The notes under the pieces are model-generated. The model did no database searches and had not been told where the DNA came from. It saw nothing but the letters and a program-made list of their open reading frames with translations. This document shows positions 51,929-61,506 of a stretch of DNA of 64,000 nt, piece by piece (positions within the stretch are counted from its first letter, which is position 1; each line of letters begins with the position of its first letter). A program made the position numbers and the translations under genes. The DNA comes from an uncultured virus (IMG/VR IMGVR_UViG_3300042887_000814) (lineage: Duplodnaviria; Heunggongvirae; Uroviricota; Caudoviricetes), in the IMG/VR virus record IMGVR_UViG_3300042887_000814, positions 1 through 64,000 of that record; one strand, written 5' to 3'.

Positions 51929-51971
51929 AGTTGTACATTCACCAAGTAGTACAACTATTTATGCTTTTACA

Positions 51972-52661
51972 TTACAGGAACTGTGTGTAATATTGATCTA
52001 AACGGGTGTACCAGAGGTCTGTATACTTATCAAATTCAGACCCTTCTACAATGAATTCTTGATATTGATTATCCGCAGAACACATGAAAACGACACCCTT
52101 GCGTATTTTAGTACCCCATACTTCATTATGTGCTAATGCATATGCGGCTAATTGAAGGAAGTAATCATCGATCCATTCACGCTTTTTAGGCTTGTTTGTT
52201 TGTTTATGGTCCATGATCGTTTCACTATTACCATGAACTCCTACGAGGTCTGTAGTTCCTGCATAAATCTCGGGGAAGTAAAGACTAACTTCCGTACCCC
52301 AGAATTCCTGACAATTGATCAGTCCCTTTTCAATGATGGTCTTGGCCATCTGATGGCTCTGTATGCTATAGGGATTAGTTCCCGGTTGTCCTGTATCACC
52401 TGTCTTTACATGATTCTCAAGCCACTTGTGCATACGTGTTCCGCGACCCGCAGCCTCAGTGGTTATCTGTTTAGCCTTCTCTTCACCTACACGTTTGCGC
52501 CATTCACGCAACGCTTGCTTCTTTTCTTCAGGCTTTGTCGCATCAAGTATAGTAGTGACGCTAGGGACCGCGTGTCCGTCAGGGGTCATATATTTTCGTG
52601 AGCCATTAATAGTCTCGCGCTTCAATTCTTTATAGGGGTATTTGTCGGGGATATAAATCAT
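51972..52661 (-). CDS. PD-(D/E)XK exonuclease (Cas4/MGME1-like phage exonuclease)
   Basis: PSVTTIL, GTRMH, YAGTTD, MDHKQT, YFLQLAAYA. Confidence 0.85.
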   Translation of the reverse strand: MIYIPDKYPYKELKRETINGSRKYMTPDGHAVPSVTTILDATKPEEKKQALREWRKRVGEEKAKQITTEAAGRGTRMHKWLENHVKTGDTGQPGTNPYSIQSHQMAKTIIEKGLINCQEFWGTEVSLYFPEIYAGTTDLVGVHGNSETIMDHKQTNKPKKREWIDDYFLQLAAYALAHNEVWGTKIRKGVVFMCSADNQYQEFIVEGSEFDKYTDLWYTRLDQYYTQFL

Positions 52662-53386
52662 AATCTAACTTTGGGTTCAAATGCATTTACGTATGTTTCT
52701 TTATTCAAGTAATTTTTACTGGGTGCAATTTCTATATTTTTATAGTTCTCATAAATTTTTGTGTAAAGATGATGAGCAACTGCTGTATGTCCTTCACGTT
52801 CCCAATGACCGCAAGGGGTCAGTGGTGACCCTTCAGTAATGTGTGCTAGATCACCTATATCGTTCTTATCACCACACAATATAGAAAAATGATTAGGTGC
52901 TTGTTTGCTCATTTTCTCGTACATTGAATCTTTTTCGGTACCGTTCAATGTTTCTATAGCAAGACTAAACATGTAGGGTACGTCATGCAACTGAAATAGA
53001 TTTCTCAATGCGCTTTTATATAACATGGTTCGTTTATAAAAGTAGTCCATATTATAATTCAACACATAGTCTACACTACCGGGATCTTTTTGAAATGTGT
53101 CATATGTCCCGTACTCTTTTTTACCCTCAAACCATCTTTCTTTTCTAGTGATAGCAGAAAACATGATGACATATAAAGGATGATTATTGTTATGAATGTC
53201 TTCGTAGAAATATTCATAAGTTCTACGTAATATCGTGTCATTTGCAGAACCACCTTTACCTATGTTAACAACGTCTACTCCTAAACGTTGCGCTAGTCTA
53301 TGTGGCCAGGATTCTTCTTTATTTGCTAGACCGTTGCCTTCAGTGAAACTACACCCATTAGTGACGATGTGGGATATCCTTGTCAT
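52658..53386 (-). CDS. SGNH/GDSL-like protein, paralogue 2
   Basis: VTNGCSFTEG, SWP, NIGKGGSAN, CGHW; ATG 53386 overlaps iscA stop (ATGA). Confidence 0.6.
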   Translation of the reverse strand: MTRISHIVTNGCSFTEGNGLANKEESWPHRLAQRLGVDVVNIGKGGSANDTILRRTYEYFYEDIHNNNHPLYVIMFSAITRKERWFEGKKEYGTYDTFQKDPGSVDYVLNYNMDYFYKRTMLYKSALRNLFQLHDVPYMFSLAIETLNGTEKDSMYEKMSKQAPNHFSILCGDKNDIGDLAHITEGSPLTPCGHWEREGHTAVAHHLYTKIYENYKNIEIAPSKNYLNKETYVNAFEPKVRL

Positions 53387-53703
53387 ATTCTGAAACTTTC
53401 TCCGCAGCCGCAACGATCTTTCTCATTAGGATTAATGAACTCAAATCCTTCATTCAATCCTTTCTTTTGAAAATCTACAGTAAGCCCATCAAGGTAAACC
53501 ATAGATTTAGGATCAACATAAAACTTTAACCCGCCGTGATCTACAGAGATATCAGTCTCGTCCGGGCTGTCTACAAATTCTAATACATATGCTAGACCAG
53601 AACACCCAGTGGTCTTCACTCCTAGACGAACTCCTTGTCCTCTACCTCTTTTTTTGATATGTTCTAAAAACTTATTTTTGGCTATATCAGTCACGTTAAT
53701 CAT
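53383..53703 (-). CDS. iscA: A-type Fe-S carrier protein IscA
   Basis: GVKTTGCSGLAY, FEFINPN, RCGCGESF. Confidence 0.92.
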   Translation of the reverse strand: MINVTDIAKNKFLEHIKKRGRGQGVRLGVKTTGCSGLAYVLEFVDSPDETDISVDHGGLKFYVDPKSMVYLDGLTVDFQKKGLNEGFEFINPNEKDRCGCGESFRI

Positions 53704-53742
53704 AGTTGTTATTCCTTATAATATCACTAATCATACCGAATG

Positions 53743-54900
53743 TCATCTTGATTGGTTAAATTTGTTTAATATTCTATCCAATATCGAATAATCTTTCTGA
53801 AGATATCTAGTCCTGTGCAGGTTCGCATTATATTCTAATGTTGGCAGCATGTCTAAAAGCATGTCATTGAGTTCTATAGTACTCATCTTAGATATTCTTT
53901 TTACTTCGTTCAATACCTTTATGAATCGTTCATCATCATTCATAGTAGTATCGTATGATTCATCTATCCAGTTATCAAATGTTTTATAACCCAACTGATG
54001 CATCACACGTAGAGTTCCTATTTGTCCCAATATTAAAAATGGCTGGAAATTTATGATCGGCTTAAAAAGTTTTTCGTTTATTTCTAAGTGGGTGTGATCC
54101 AAATAAAAATAACTCATAGGTATTATATTAACATATGATTTGACATGATAATTGTTATTGGCAAGACATAAATTTTCAGGTATGTCTCTGATATCTTCTA
54201 TGTCTAAAACTATGTCGTCTATGCATTTTTGTTCCTTGGTAAAAAAATCTATAAAGTTACCGCCACCCGTAGATAAGAAAGAATCATTTTTAAAGTCAGG
54301 TATCTTTAATAACTCATTCACAAAAGGAAGTCTATGAATTCTGCCCTTACCGCCCAAGTATAAAAATTTCTTCTCTCTGTCTTTTTTGTTTTTTATATCT
54401 TGAATAATCGTATTCAAATCTATAGGAGGCATGAGTTTTTCAAAGATGTTATTCCAGAATGCAGACAAGCCATGTTTTTTGAATAAATCATGTATCTTAT
54501 AATTAGTATCTATGTATATGACAGACTTAGAATCGATACCTAAAGAGTCACATCCGATATTTACATTCTCAACGATGTTATACTTTGTGATGTTATTATA
54601 ATATCCTCCCGGATCTCGTTCACGATGTACAACTGGTAATAATCCAAATGAGTCTACATTTGTTGTTAAAATTAAGCCGGCTTTATTATTTTTAACATCG
54701 TTAATGATTTCGATGTCTTTGTAAGTATGTGAATTATTATACCAACGCATAAGTTGGATGCATCCTATAATCAAATAGAATTCATTGTCTGGTTTTTCTA
54801 AGACTTGCGTACAACCATGATCTTCCAAATATGTTGAAAGATATACTACAGGAGTATTTCTTATCTTGCCGGTTGTTAAATCTAAAACTATAAATTTCAC
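53743..54900 (-). CDS. Putative glycosyltransferase-like protein (GT10-like motif), paralogue 3
   Basis: KKFLYLGGKGRIHR...INEKLFKPIINFQPFLILG...GYKTFDNWIDESYD...LEYN. Confidence 0.5.
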   Translation of the reverse strand: MKFIVLDLTTGKIRNTPVVYLSTYLEDHGCTQVLEKPDNEFYLIIGCIQLMRWYNNSHTYKDIEIINDVKNNKAGLILTTNVDSFGLLPVVHRERDPGGYYNNITKYNIVENVNIGCDSLGIDSKSVIYIDTNYKIHDLFKKHGLSAFWNNIFEKLMPPIDLNTIIQDIKNKKDREKKFLYLGGKGRIHRLPFVNELLKIPDFKNDSFLSTGGGNFIDFFTKEQKCIDDIVLDIEDIRDIPENLCLANNNYHVKSYVNIIPMSYFYLDHTHLEINEKLFKPIINFQPFLILGQIGTLRVMHQLGYKTFDNWIDESYDTTMNDDERFIKVLNEVKRISKMSTIELNDMLLDMLPTLEYNANLHRTRYLQKDYSILDRILNKFNQSR

Positions 54901-54901
54901 A

Positions 54902-55240
54902 TCAAGATTTATTCATGGCTGATTTAGCCATTTGTGCTACTACTTCTTGACTCTGCTCGGGCGGAGGTGCTTCAGTCTGTTGTGGTTGTTGCGGTAATCC
55001 TTTGAACACAACAGTGTCACCTTCGATATTGCTAACTACATTTTTAAGAGGTTTCGTTTGTATCATAGAATACAAATCGTCTCTAGATAGCGTTAGATCA
55101 AATTTTCTAAAATATGTGAGAAGTTTGTCAATAGTCCAATTATCTGTAATTCTTTTGCTATCCAATGCGGTGTTAAGTTGATCGACTGCCGCAATCAACT
55201 TAACAAGTTTAGGATCATTGACTAACTCGTAGAGGTGCAT
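54902..55240 (-). CDS. Hypothetical protein
   Basis: 112 aa; MHLYE leader; C-terminal VAQMAKSAM. Confidence 0.6.
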   Translation of the reverse strand: MHLYELVNDPKLVKLIAAVDQLNTALDSKRITDNWTIDKLLTYFRKFDLTLSRDDLYSMIQTKPLKNVVSNIEGDTVVFKGLPQQPQQTEAPPPEQSQEVVAQMAKSAMNKS

Positions 55241-55241
55241 T

Positions 55242-55949
55242 TTACCTCAACTCGCGACCAACTCCGCCTGCTGGTTCAGATTCTGGTTCTTCTAAGTCCG
55301 GGGAAACTTCAGCACCCATTTCAGCACCGACTACTTCTTCGCCGCCGGGACCTGATGTGGCTGCAACGTCAGTCACTGCCATTTCTTCACCGCCTGCAGG
55401 AGGTGCACCTAGTGCTTCTGGACTACCAACGCCAGTCAATGCATTCATGGCGTTCTTCATCTCACTCTTAGTCTGGCTTAGTGTTTGATTCAAAGTAGTC
55501 AAGGCTTGGCTTGCTACTTGGTTGAATGTACCAGACTGTTCTACACCGATTTCTGATTGAATACTATCTGCTAATGCAGGTAGTTCTTTAACTAACATGT
55601 CGTTAACTTCTTCGATCATCTTTTGAATGCTGTCAAGCATATCTTGTGCTGCCAAGATGACCTGTGATTTTTCGACTTCTTCATTCTCAACAACTATTCT
55701 AGCAGCCTTAGTATTCTTGTAATGCTCAGTAAGTGCCTGAGCCATGAATACTAATTTCATGTATGAAGGGCTAGCATGATTCTTGTAGAAATCAGGGCTT
55801 GCTTTAGCCTCTTTGATGAGACCGAATACTCGTTCCATCATGGCTTTAGTTTGTGCGCGATTCAATCTTGACATGTCAAGGTTGACATCGAAATTAGCCT
55901 TAAGGGCTTGTTCTGCTACGTTTGTTTTATCTAGTTCATTGAGTCTCAT
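55242..55949 (-). CDS. Helical acidic protein, possible prohead core/scaffold component
   Basis: MRLNE leader; VENEEVEKSQVILAAQDM; acidic tail ending GRELR; late promoter. Confidence 0.5.
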   Translation of the reverse strand: MRLNELDKTNVAEQALKANFDVNLDMSRLNRAQTKAMMERVFGLIKEAKASPDFYKNHASPSYMKLVFMAQALTEHYKNTKAARIVVENEEVEKSQVILAAQDMLDSIQKMIEEVNDMLVKELPALADSIQSEIGVEQSGTFNQVASQALTTLNQTLSQTKSEMKNAMNALTGVGSPEALGAPPAGGEEMAVTDVAATSGPGGEEVVGAEMGAEVSPDLEEPESEPAGGVGRELR

Positions 55950-55991
55950 GGTTAAAATCCCACATTAATAGTTATATTTATCAAGAATCTG

Positions 55992-56444
55992 TTACTTTTC
56001 ATCCTTAGATTCTTGATACTTTTTAGTCTGTATATGCTTGGACATAGATGCATATGCTTCTATCTCTTTCAAAGCATTTTTCCTTCTAAGTTGGTCTTCT
56101 AACAATTTTGCTAGATAGATAAACTTATCAGGAATATCCCTGCTATTCATCAGCTTTTTGTGCTGTGCTATAGATACTTCTAAACCGCCTATGTAGCGAT
56201 CTAATTCTTTAAGTCTTTTGGTCTCTTTATCTTTTCGATTCTTCTCAAACACACAATAGGTTACTGCATATTTAAGTGTGGAAAATTCTATTTGTTCTGC
56301 ATATGGATCTAGCATATTGACAACCTTGAATATACCGGTCTTTTCAGGGTTTATTATATAGGTGCCAAAAAGGTTATAACTACCGTCATACTCCTTGACG
56401 ATAAACATGTCCTTTATCTTGTTCGCTAGATAAGACTTATTCAT
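55992..56444 (-). CDS. Hypothetical protein
   Basis: 150 aa from ATG 56444, 5 nt after TTAAATA. Confidence 0.55.
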   Translation of the reverse strand: MNKSYLANKIKDMFIVKEYDGSYNLFGTYIINPEKTGIFKVVNMLDPYAEQIEFSTLKYAVTYCVFEKNRKDKETKRLKELDRYIGGLEVSIAQHKKLMNSRDIPDKFIYLAKLLEDQLRRKNALKEIEAYASMSKHIQTKKYQESKDEK

Positions 56445-56889
56445 ATTCATATTTAACAAAATATATGTTCCTTTTTTCCAAAGTTATATCAAGTTTTTGT
56501 CCTGACTTGTGCCATTGACTATCACATTGAATCATGGGCACCCCGTCACAATCTTTATATAATGATCCTAAATCAGAAATTCCATCTTCAAACACACGAT
56601 TATGCTGTACTTCAAAATCAAACTTCCATACAGGAACTCTGATATCTTCTTGTAGCATAGTTCCGAAATATGACTCTTTATCTAAATCAATCTCTAACCG
56701 CACAGGATCGTTGATGACATCGGGCTGGGCTCGCAATGATATAACTTGCAATATAGTATCAAAATTGCATTGTGTGTTGCGATTTCTATACCAATCATTC
56801 ACATCTTTTACATCATCCCCCGGCCTTGCGCGATTCAATACACCTGTCTTTGTAATGTCAAATAACGTATAGCAGGAAATCCTGTGCAT
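56437..56889 (-). CDS. Hypothetical phage protein
   Basis: CYTLFDITKTG...RNTQCNFDTILQVISLRAQP; TTAAATA 5 nt upstream. Confidence 0.65.
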   Translation of the reverse strand: MHRISCYTLFDITKTGVLNRARPGDDVKDVNDWYRNRNTQCNFDTILQVISLRAQPDVINDPVRLEIDLDKESYFGTMLQEDIRVPVWKFDFEVQHNRVFEDGISDLGSLYKDCDGVPMIQCDSQWHKSGQKLDITLEKRNIYFVKYEYE

Positions 56890-56912
56890 GTTGTTATTTA
56901 AGGCAAAAAAAA

Positions 56913-56935
56913 GACCCGAGAATAAATCTCGGGTC
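56913..56935 (-). terminator. Intrinsic terminator
   Basis: GACCCGAGA-ATAAA-TCTCGGGTC with T-run on minus strand. Confidence 0.8.
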
Positions 56936-56961
56936 CTTTGTTTGTTAACTTAAACTAATGA

Positions 56962-57342
56962 TTAGTTAGTGAAAGTTGCTGATGATGCTACAGTTACAGC
57001 ATTTGCCCAAGCGGGACCATCTGCGTTCTCTAGTGCTAATACTAGAGCAGCAGGTGTCCATGCACCAGTTGGGTATATAGCGAATGCTAATGTGTCGTTA
57101 GCTGCGTCTGTATACTCATAGATGTGGATAGTTGCTAATTGCTGAATCGCTTGAATTGCTGAGTTAACTTGTGTAGTTGTCAAAGCACCGTTTGCAGTTG
57201 CAGTGAAGAAGTCCAACTTTGGACCTTGTGGCTGAACTGTCAAGGCTGAAGAAACTGCGTTAACGCCTGAATTTGTGTAATCTGGCTGATCTAACCATAG
57301 AACTGGCTTAAGATCACCATTAACTCTTGTAAATTGTGCCAT
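56962..57342 (-). CDS. Probable abundant small virion protein (capsid decoration-like)
   Basis: Monocistronic unit: ATAAATA promoter, 5' hairpin, AGGAG RBS, terminator; Ala/Thr-rich. Confidence 0.55.
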   Translation of the reverse strand: MAQFTRVNGDLKPVLWLDQPDYTNSGVNAVSSALTVQPQGPKLDFFTATANGALTTTQVNSAIQAIQQLATIHIYEYTDAANDTLAFAIYPTGAWTPAALVLALENADGPAWANAVTVASSATFTN

Positions 57343-57419
57343 TTTAAAATCTCCTAATGTTGTGAGACCTACTGTCTCATACTATTATTTATGCCTGGCA
57401 CAAAAAAATGTTGGTTTGG

Positions 57420-58592
57420 CTAGCGTTGGCCAGCAAGATTTTGACGGCTGAAGCCCATTCTATCTACAAATTTCAAACCATTTGACACAAAACCTTCTTG
57501 ACTTTGCTGGCCACTCTGTAGATAGCCTTTGACGGGGCTTTGTTCTGCTTGCTGTGCTAGTTGTTGTACGACTTGATTCTTAAGATTATAGATAGCCACC
57601 CATATGCTAAACAGACCCTGCACCCCTGCTTTGTTAGCATTGATATGATCTGATAGTTTTTGCTTCATAGTAGGAGTCATGGGTCTAGTCTCAAAATAAT
57701 CCATGAATCCAGAAGCCATGTCATTTAGATCGCCCGAGACGATTTTCTTATTGATATATGTAGTGAATAGTTGATTGAATGTATTTCTAGCCTGCGGTGC
57801 TTGCATTAGTTTTTGCACAGCAGGACCATGTTGACGTATAGCAGCCTTAGCGTCATTGACTAAGCCTTGATCTAACTTTACATTAGGAACTATAGGCATA
57901 GCACTAGGAATGATAGCGACATCGCTATCATTCTTTAATTGCCCTATCGTTCCATTCAATGGTGTTGATTCATCTGTAGTAGCGGCATTAGCAGGTATAA
58001 ACTGATGCACAGCAATACCCGCAGTCTTACCTGTGATCAATTTACCTATATCGCTATCGACATCTACTGTATACGCTATACCGTTAGGGTTCGCTTTAAA
58101 CTTATACAGACCTTTTTGATCTTGTAAAGGTTTGCCGAAGAGCAAGTCGCCCCAGTAGTAGCCCTTAGTTCCTTGACTTGCTTTTTCAAGACCGGGCCAT
58201 ATGTTTGTAATGAGAGTATTAAGTTCACCGCGATCCACCCCCCTCGCTCTATCGTATTCTATAAATTCTTCTGCGCTGTGTACGTTGCGACCTGACATGT
58301 CTTTCTTATTAAACATGTGTTTGTCCATAATGCTGAATTTGCCGTCTGGACCATGACCGAATATCAACGCTGGATACCCATCCCATTTAATAGTGATTGT
58401 TTTAGGATTCTTAGCAGTAGCCAATATAGAATTAACTGCTTGATTTGCACCCGCAACGTCTCCTAATACTACTAAATCTTCTGGATGATCGAGGTGCCCC
58501 TTGCCTTCTTTTAGGCGCAAAGCATCCTGATCAAATTGACGCATCCTTTCACGAATATGCTGAAAGAATTCTTGTTCGTTATTGAAATTCAT
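57420..58592 (-). CDS. Conserved phage protein with ligase-like KxDG motif
   Basis: HLDHPEDLV, TIKWDGYPALIFG, YWGDLLF, QEGFV, LKFVDR. Confidence 0.6.
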   Translation of the reverse strand: MNFNNEQEFFQHIRERMRQFDQDALRLKEGKGHLDHPEDLVVLGDVAGANQAVNSILATAKNPKTITIKWDGYPALIFGHGPDGKFSIMDKHMFNKKDMSGRNVHSAEEFIEYDRARGVDRGELNTLITNIWPGLEKASQGTKGYYWGDLLFGKPLQDQKGLYKFKANPNGIAYTVDVDSDIGKLITGKTAGIAVHQFIPANAATTDESTPLNGTIGQLKNDSDVAIIPSAMPIVPNVKLDQGLVNDAKAAIRQHGPAVQKLMQAPQARNTFNQLFTTYINKKIVSGDLNDMASGFMDYFETRPMTPTMKQKLSDHINANKAGVQGLFSIWVAIYNLKNQVVQQLAQQAEQSPVKGYLQSGQQSQEGFVSNGLKFVDRMGFSRQNLAGQR

Positions 58593-58593
58593 T

Positions 58594-59811
58594 TTAAGGT
58601 TGAGTGTCTTGTTTTCTACCTTGGTCTGAAACAGCCCAAGCAATTTGTGCTATATCAGTCAAGTCTTTGTTCAAGGTTTTACCCTTTAAACTTTGTGGCA
58701 TACGTTTTAGTATGTCATCAACCTGTTGCTGTGAGGATCCTAAATTGATCCCTCTCAAGAAGCCCTTCATGAAATTATCGCGGAACCATGCGCCTAGGCT
58801 AGGTTTACCTGATGGTGCTGCTGGTTGACCTGCTGCCGGTGCTGCGCCTTGTGCTGGGGCAGTGCTTGCGGCTGCTGGTTGACCCGGACGCTTAAACACG
58901 CCCTTGATCTTATCCATGATACCTTCATTAGTTCTTAAGAACTTATCTCTATCTTCTCTTTCTTTCTTTTGTTTTGCGATCAATGCCTCTATGCGCTTGA
59001 CCGCTAGATCAGGATCATATCCTGATTTCTTCAATGCGTTTCTAAATCTTTCTACTGACGTTAACTTATTGTAAATCTCTTCTAGTCTATCTTCGCTAAT
59101 AGTTTTTTGCTTATTTCCCTTAGCATATTGACCCATGAACTGCTGGTGCAAGTTTTTAACATCGTAACCAGCGTTGTCTAACTTAAGAATCTTGTCGCCT
59201 ACACGTATCAAGTAATCCTTATTAAGGGCAACATTTGCAAGATCCTTAGTAATTTCTTGTGCTATTTTTGATGTTGGAGGAAGCGGTTTAGTTCCGGCTG
59301 GCTGTAACTTTCTCATTGCGCTAACAATCTTATCTACATTGACATCAATTTCTGGCTTGGCTGCTCCCTGCTTTTGACCAGTAGGTACTGCTTGATTACC
59401 GGGTGCTTTACCTCCGGGCTGTACAGCCTTTACTGGCGGGGCGGCACCGGGTTGGGCACCTGCGGCAGTACCGGGGGCTTGTGTTGCTGTTCCTCCTGCT
59501 TGAGGTGCGCTAGGTGTTGTTCCTGCGCTCGGCGTAGTGGGTTGTGCTGTTGCATTACCGGCTCCTAAATCAGTTGAATCAACGTCTACCAGTCCCTGCT
59601 GAATAGCAGTGTTTAACGCATTAGCACCTCTACTAACGAATTTTTGTACGAATGTATCCTGTGCCAGTTGATCTTCTGCACTTAATCCTGACTTCTTGGC
59701 TCTTGCCATAGCACTACCTACACCTTGTGTATTAGTACCTTGCGCTGATGCGACTGTACCGGCCAGACCTCTAGCGAGATTCTGGAACGTATTTAACTCA
59801 TTGATTCTCAT
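58594..59811 (-). CDS. Low-complexity (Ala/Pro/Gln) hypothetical protein, possible head-internal protein
   Basis: MRINE leader; internal ISE and TNEGIMDKIK segments. Confidence 0.55.
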   Translation of the reverse strand: MRINELNTFQNLARGLAGTVASAQGTNTQGVGSAMARAKKSGLSAEDQLAQDTFVQKFVSRGANALNTAIQQGLVDVDSTDLGAGNATAQPTTPSAGTTPSAPQAGGTATQAPGTAAGAQPGAAPPVKAVQPGGKAPGNQAVPTGQKQGAAKPEIDVNVDKIVSAMRKLQPAGTKPLPPTSKIAQEITKDLANVALNKDYLIRVGDKILKLDNAGYDVKNLHQQFMGQYAKGNKQKTISEDRLEEIYNKLTSVERFRNALKKSGYDPDLAVKRIEALIAKQKKEREDRDKFLRTNEGIMDKIKGVFKRPGQPAAASTAPAQGAAPAAGQPAAPSGKPSLGAWFRDNFMKGFLRGINLGSSQQQVDDILKRMPQSLKGKTLNKDLTDIAQIAWAVSDQGRKQDTQP

Positions 59812-60046
59812 CTTTCTTCCTCAGTGACTTAGCGAACCTTGCCGCGTCCTTGCCCTTGATAGCACTTAATAGTTTTTTCTCAAGTACTTCGGCTTTGTCT
59901 GGGGAGTATTGACGATTGATTAATTCTAATAGATTAATGGCACTGGTAATAACATTGTGAGCCCTGCTCTCAATGATGTGATTCATATCACGGTTATTAC
60001 CGATCAATTCCAGTTCTTCTAGAAGGCTACGGGTACGCTTTTGCAT
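59798..60046 (-). CDS. Hypothetical phage protein
   Basis: 82 aa (MQKRTRSLLEEL); late promoter upstream. Confidence 0.65.
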   Translation of the reverse strand: MQKRTRSLLEELELIGNNRDMNHIIESRAHNVITSAINLLELINRQYSPDKAEVLEKKLLSAIKGKDAARFAKSLRKKDENQ

Positions 60047-60084
60047 AGTTCTTTCCTTACAGTATTTATCTGGAATAGGATCTT

Positions 60085-61506
60085 TTATTTCTTAAGTGAC
60101 GCCAATAAACTCTTGAGTTTTGCGCTCTGTACGTCGGGTACAACCTTACCTGAATCAGGAGTTATCTCCCCTGTTATAGGATCAGTTTTCTCGGCAGTCT
60201 GAGTAGTTCCTACTTCGCTAGTAGTCTTGATTTTCTGCATTAACTGCGCTCCTGAGGGCTGAACCTTATAGGAATCATCGGATCCGTCATCTGTGATTCG
60301 TAATGTTTCTACGTCAAATTTGAGTTCGATTTTTTGACCTACCCCGGAACTACTACGTGTCTTCATCAATTGAATCTGATAAAGTCCACGCTCACGCATA
60401 CTACGGCTAGTAAAGATACCAAAAACATTGTCCGCAGTATTAATCTTACTAATACCACCTGAGATATGACTGTGATCAAATTCGATCTCTTCAACGGCTG
60501 ATCTGTTAAGTTGTGATGCTGTGACGAATAAGACATTTAATTCCTTTGCTAGATTTCTAAGTTCTTCAGATACATACTTATCCTTTACGAACAAGTCGCT
60601 TGGACTTACTTTTGCGCTGACTGGCATGATCAAATCAAGATAGTCGATACACAAGAAGTCAACCTTCATGCCTGTCTGTATCTGTAATTCCTTGACATAT
60701 GCTCTGATATCATTGACGTTGCTTTGTGCTGGCATATATTTGATGCGCAAGTTACCAGACTTCTTAGCAACCATCTTGACTTTCATCTCAACATTATCAA
60801 TATCTTTAAAAATCTCGCGACTACTAGTGTCAGTCATCATACTATCAATACGCATTGAACACAATCCTTCACTCAATTCAAGTGTGACGTATACTCCGCT
60901 AAGTCCCGCTTGTGCCCAATTAACTGCAAGATTTTGCATGATCAAACTCTTACCAGAACCTGATCCACCTGCAAAGATTTGCAGTTCACCTCGATTGAAA
61001 CCACCATACAATTTCTGATCAAGTATAGGCCAACCTGTGCTGTTTTGACCGTTATTAGATTTTAGTGCCATCAATCTACTACGAGGATCAGCAAAGTAAT
61101 CAGTACCTAAATCCTTCTGTAGAGAAATCTGAACTGCTTCTTTGATCAGTTTCTCTACAGGTCCATATTCGCCCTTCTCAAGTAAGTCTGCACTCTTAAG
61201 AATAGCCCTCTCAAGTTCTTGTCGCTTAGTGAATGCTTCGAATTCTTCTAAGAACCAATCATAATGTCCTTCGTCAAGTTCCTCTAATCGTTCAGTAGAT
61301 ACATCAGTCGTTGCCTTAATCTGTATAGGATCTGGCATGACATTATATTTTTTAGTATGATCTATTATGAACTCTGCAACCGGTCGCAATCTACGATCAA
61401 AGTTTTCTGCATTCATGATGTTCATCACGCGAGTATAAAGTTCTGCGTTCGTGACCATCATTCTCAGAAACAATGTCTGTACATCAATGTTATAGTCGTT
61501 TATCAA
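60085..61506 (-). CDS. Replicative DNA helicase (DnaB/T4 gp41-like)
   Basis: GGSGSGKS, YVTLELSE, IDYLDL, TASQLNR, MKTRSS. Confidence 0.92.
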   Translation of the reverse strand: MINDYNIDVQTLFLRMMVTNAELYTRVMNIMNAENFDRRLRPVAEFIIDHTKKYNVMPDPIQIKATTDVSTERLEELDEGHYDWFLEEFEAFTKRQELERAILKSADLLEKGEYGPVEKLIKEAVQISLQKDLGTDYFADPRSRLMALKSNNGQNSTGWPILDQKLYGGFNRGELQIFAGGSGSGKSLIMQNLAVNWAQAGLSGVYVTLELSEGLCSMRIDSMMTDTSSREIFKDIDNVEMKVKMVAKKSGNLRIKYMPAQSNVNDIRAYVKELQIQTGMKVDFLCIDYLDLIMPVSAKVSPSDLFVKDKYVSEELRNLAKELNVLFVTASQLNRSAVEEIEFDHSHISGGISKINTADNVFGIFTSRSMRERGLYQIQLMKTRSSSGVGQKIELKFDVETLRITDDGSDDSYKVQPSGAQLMQKIKTTSEVGTTQTAEKTDPITGEITPDSGKVVPDVQSAKLKSLLASLKK

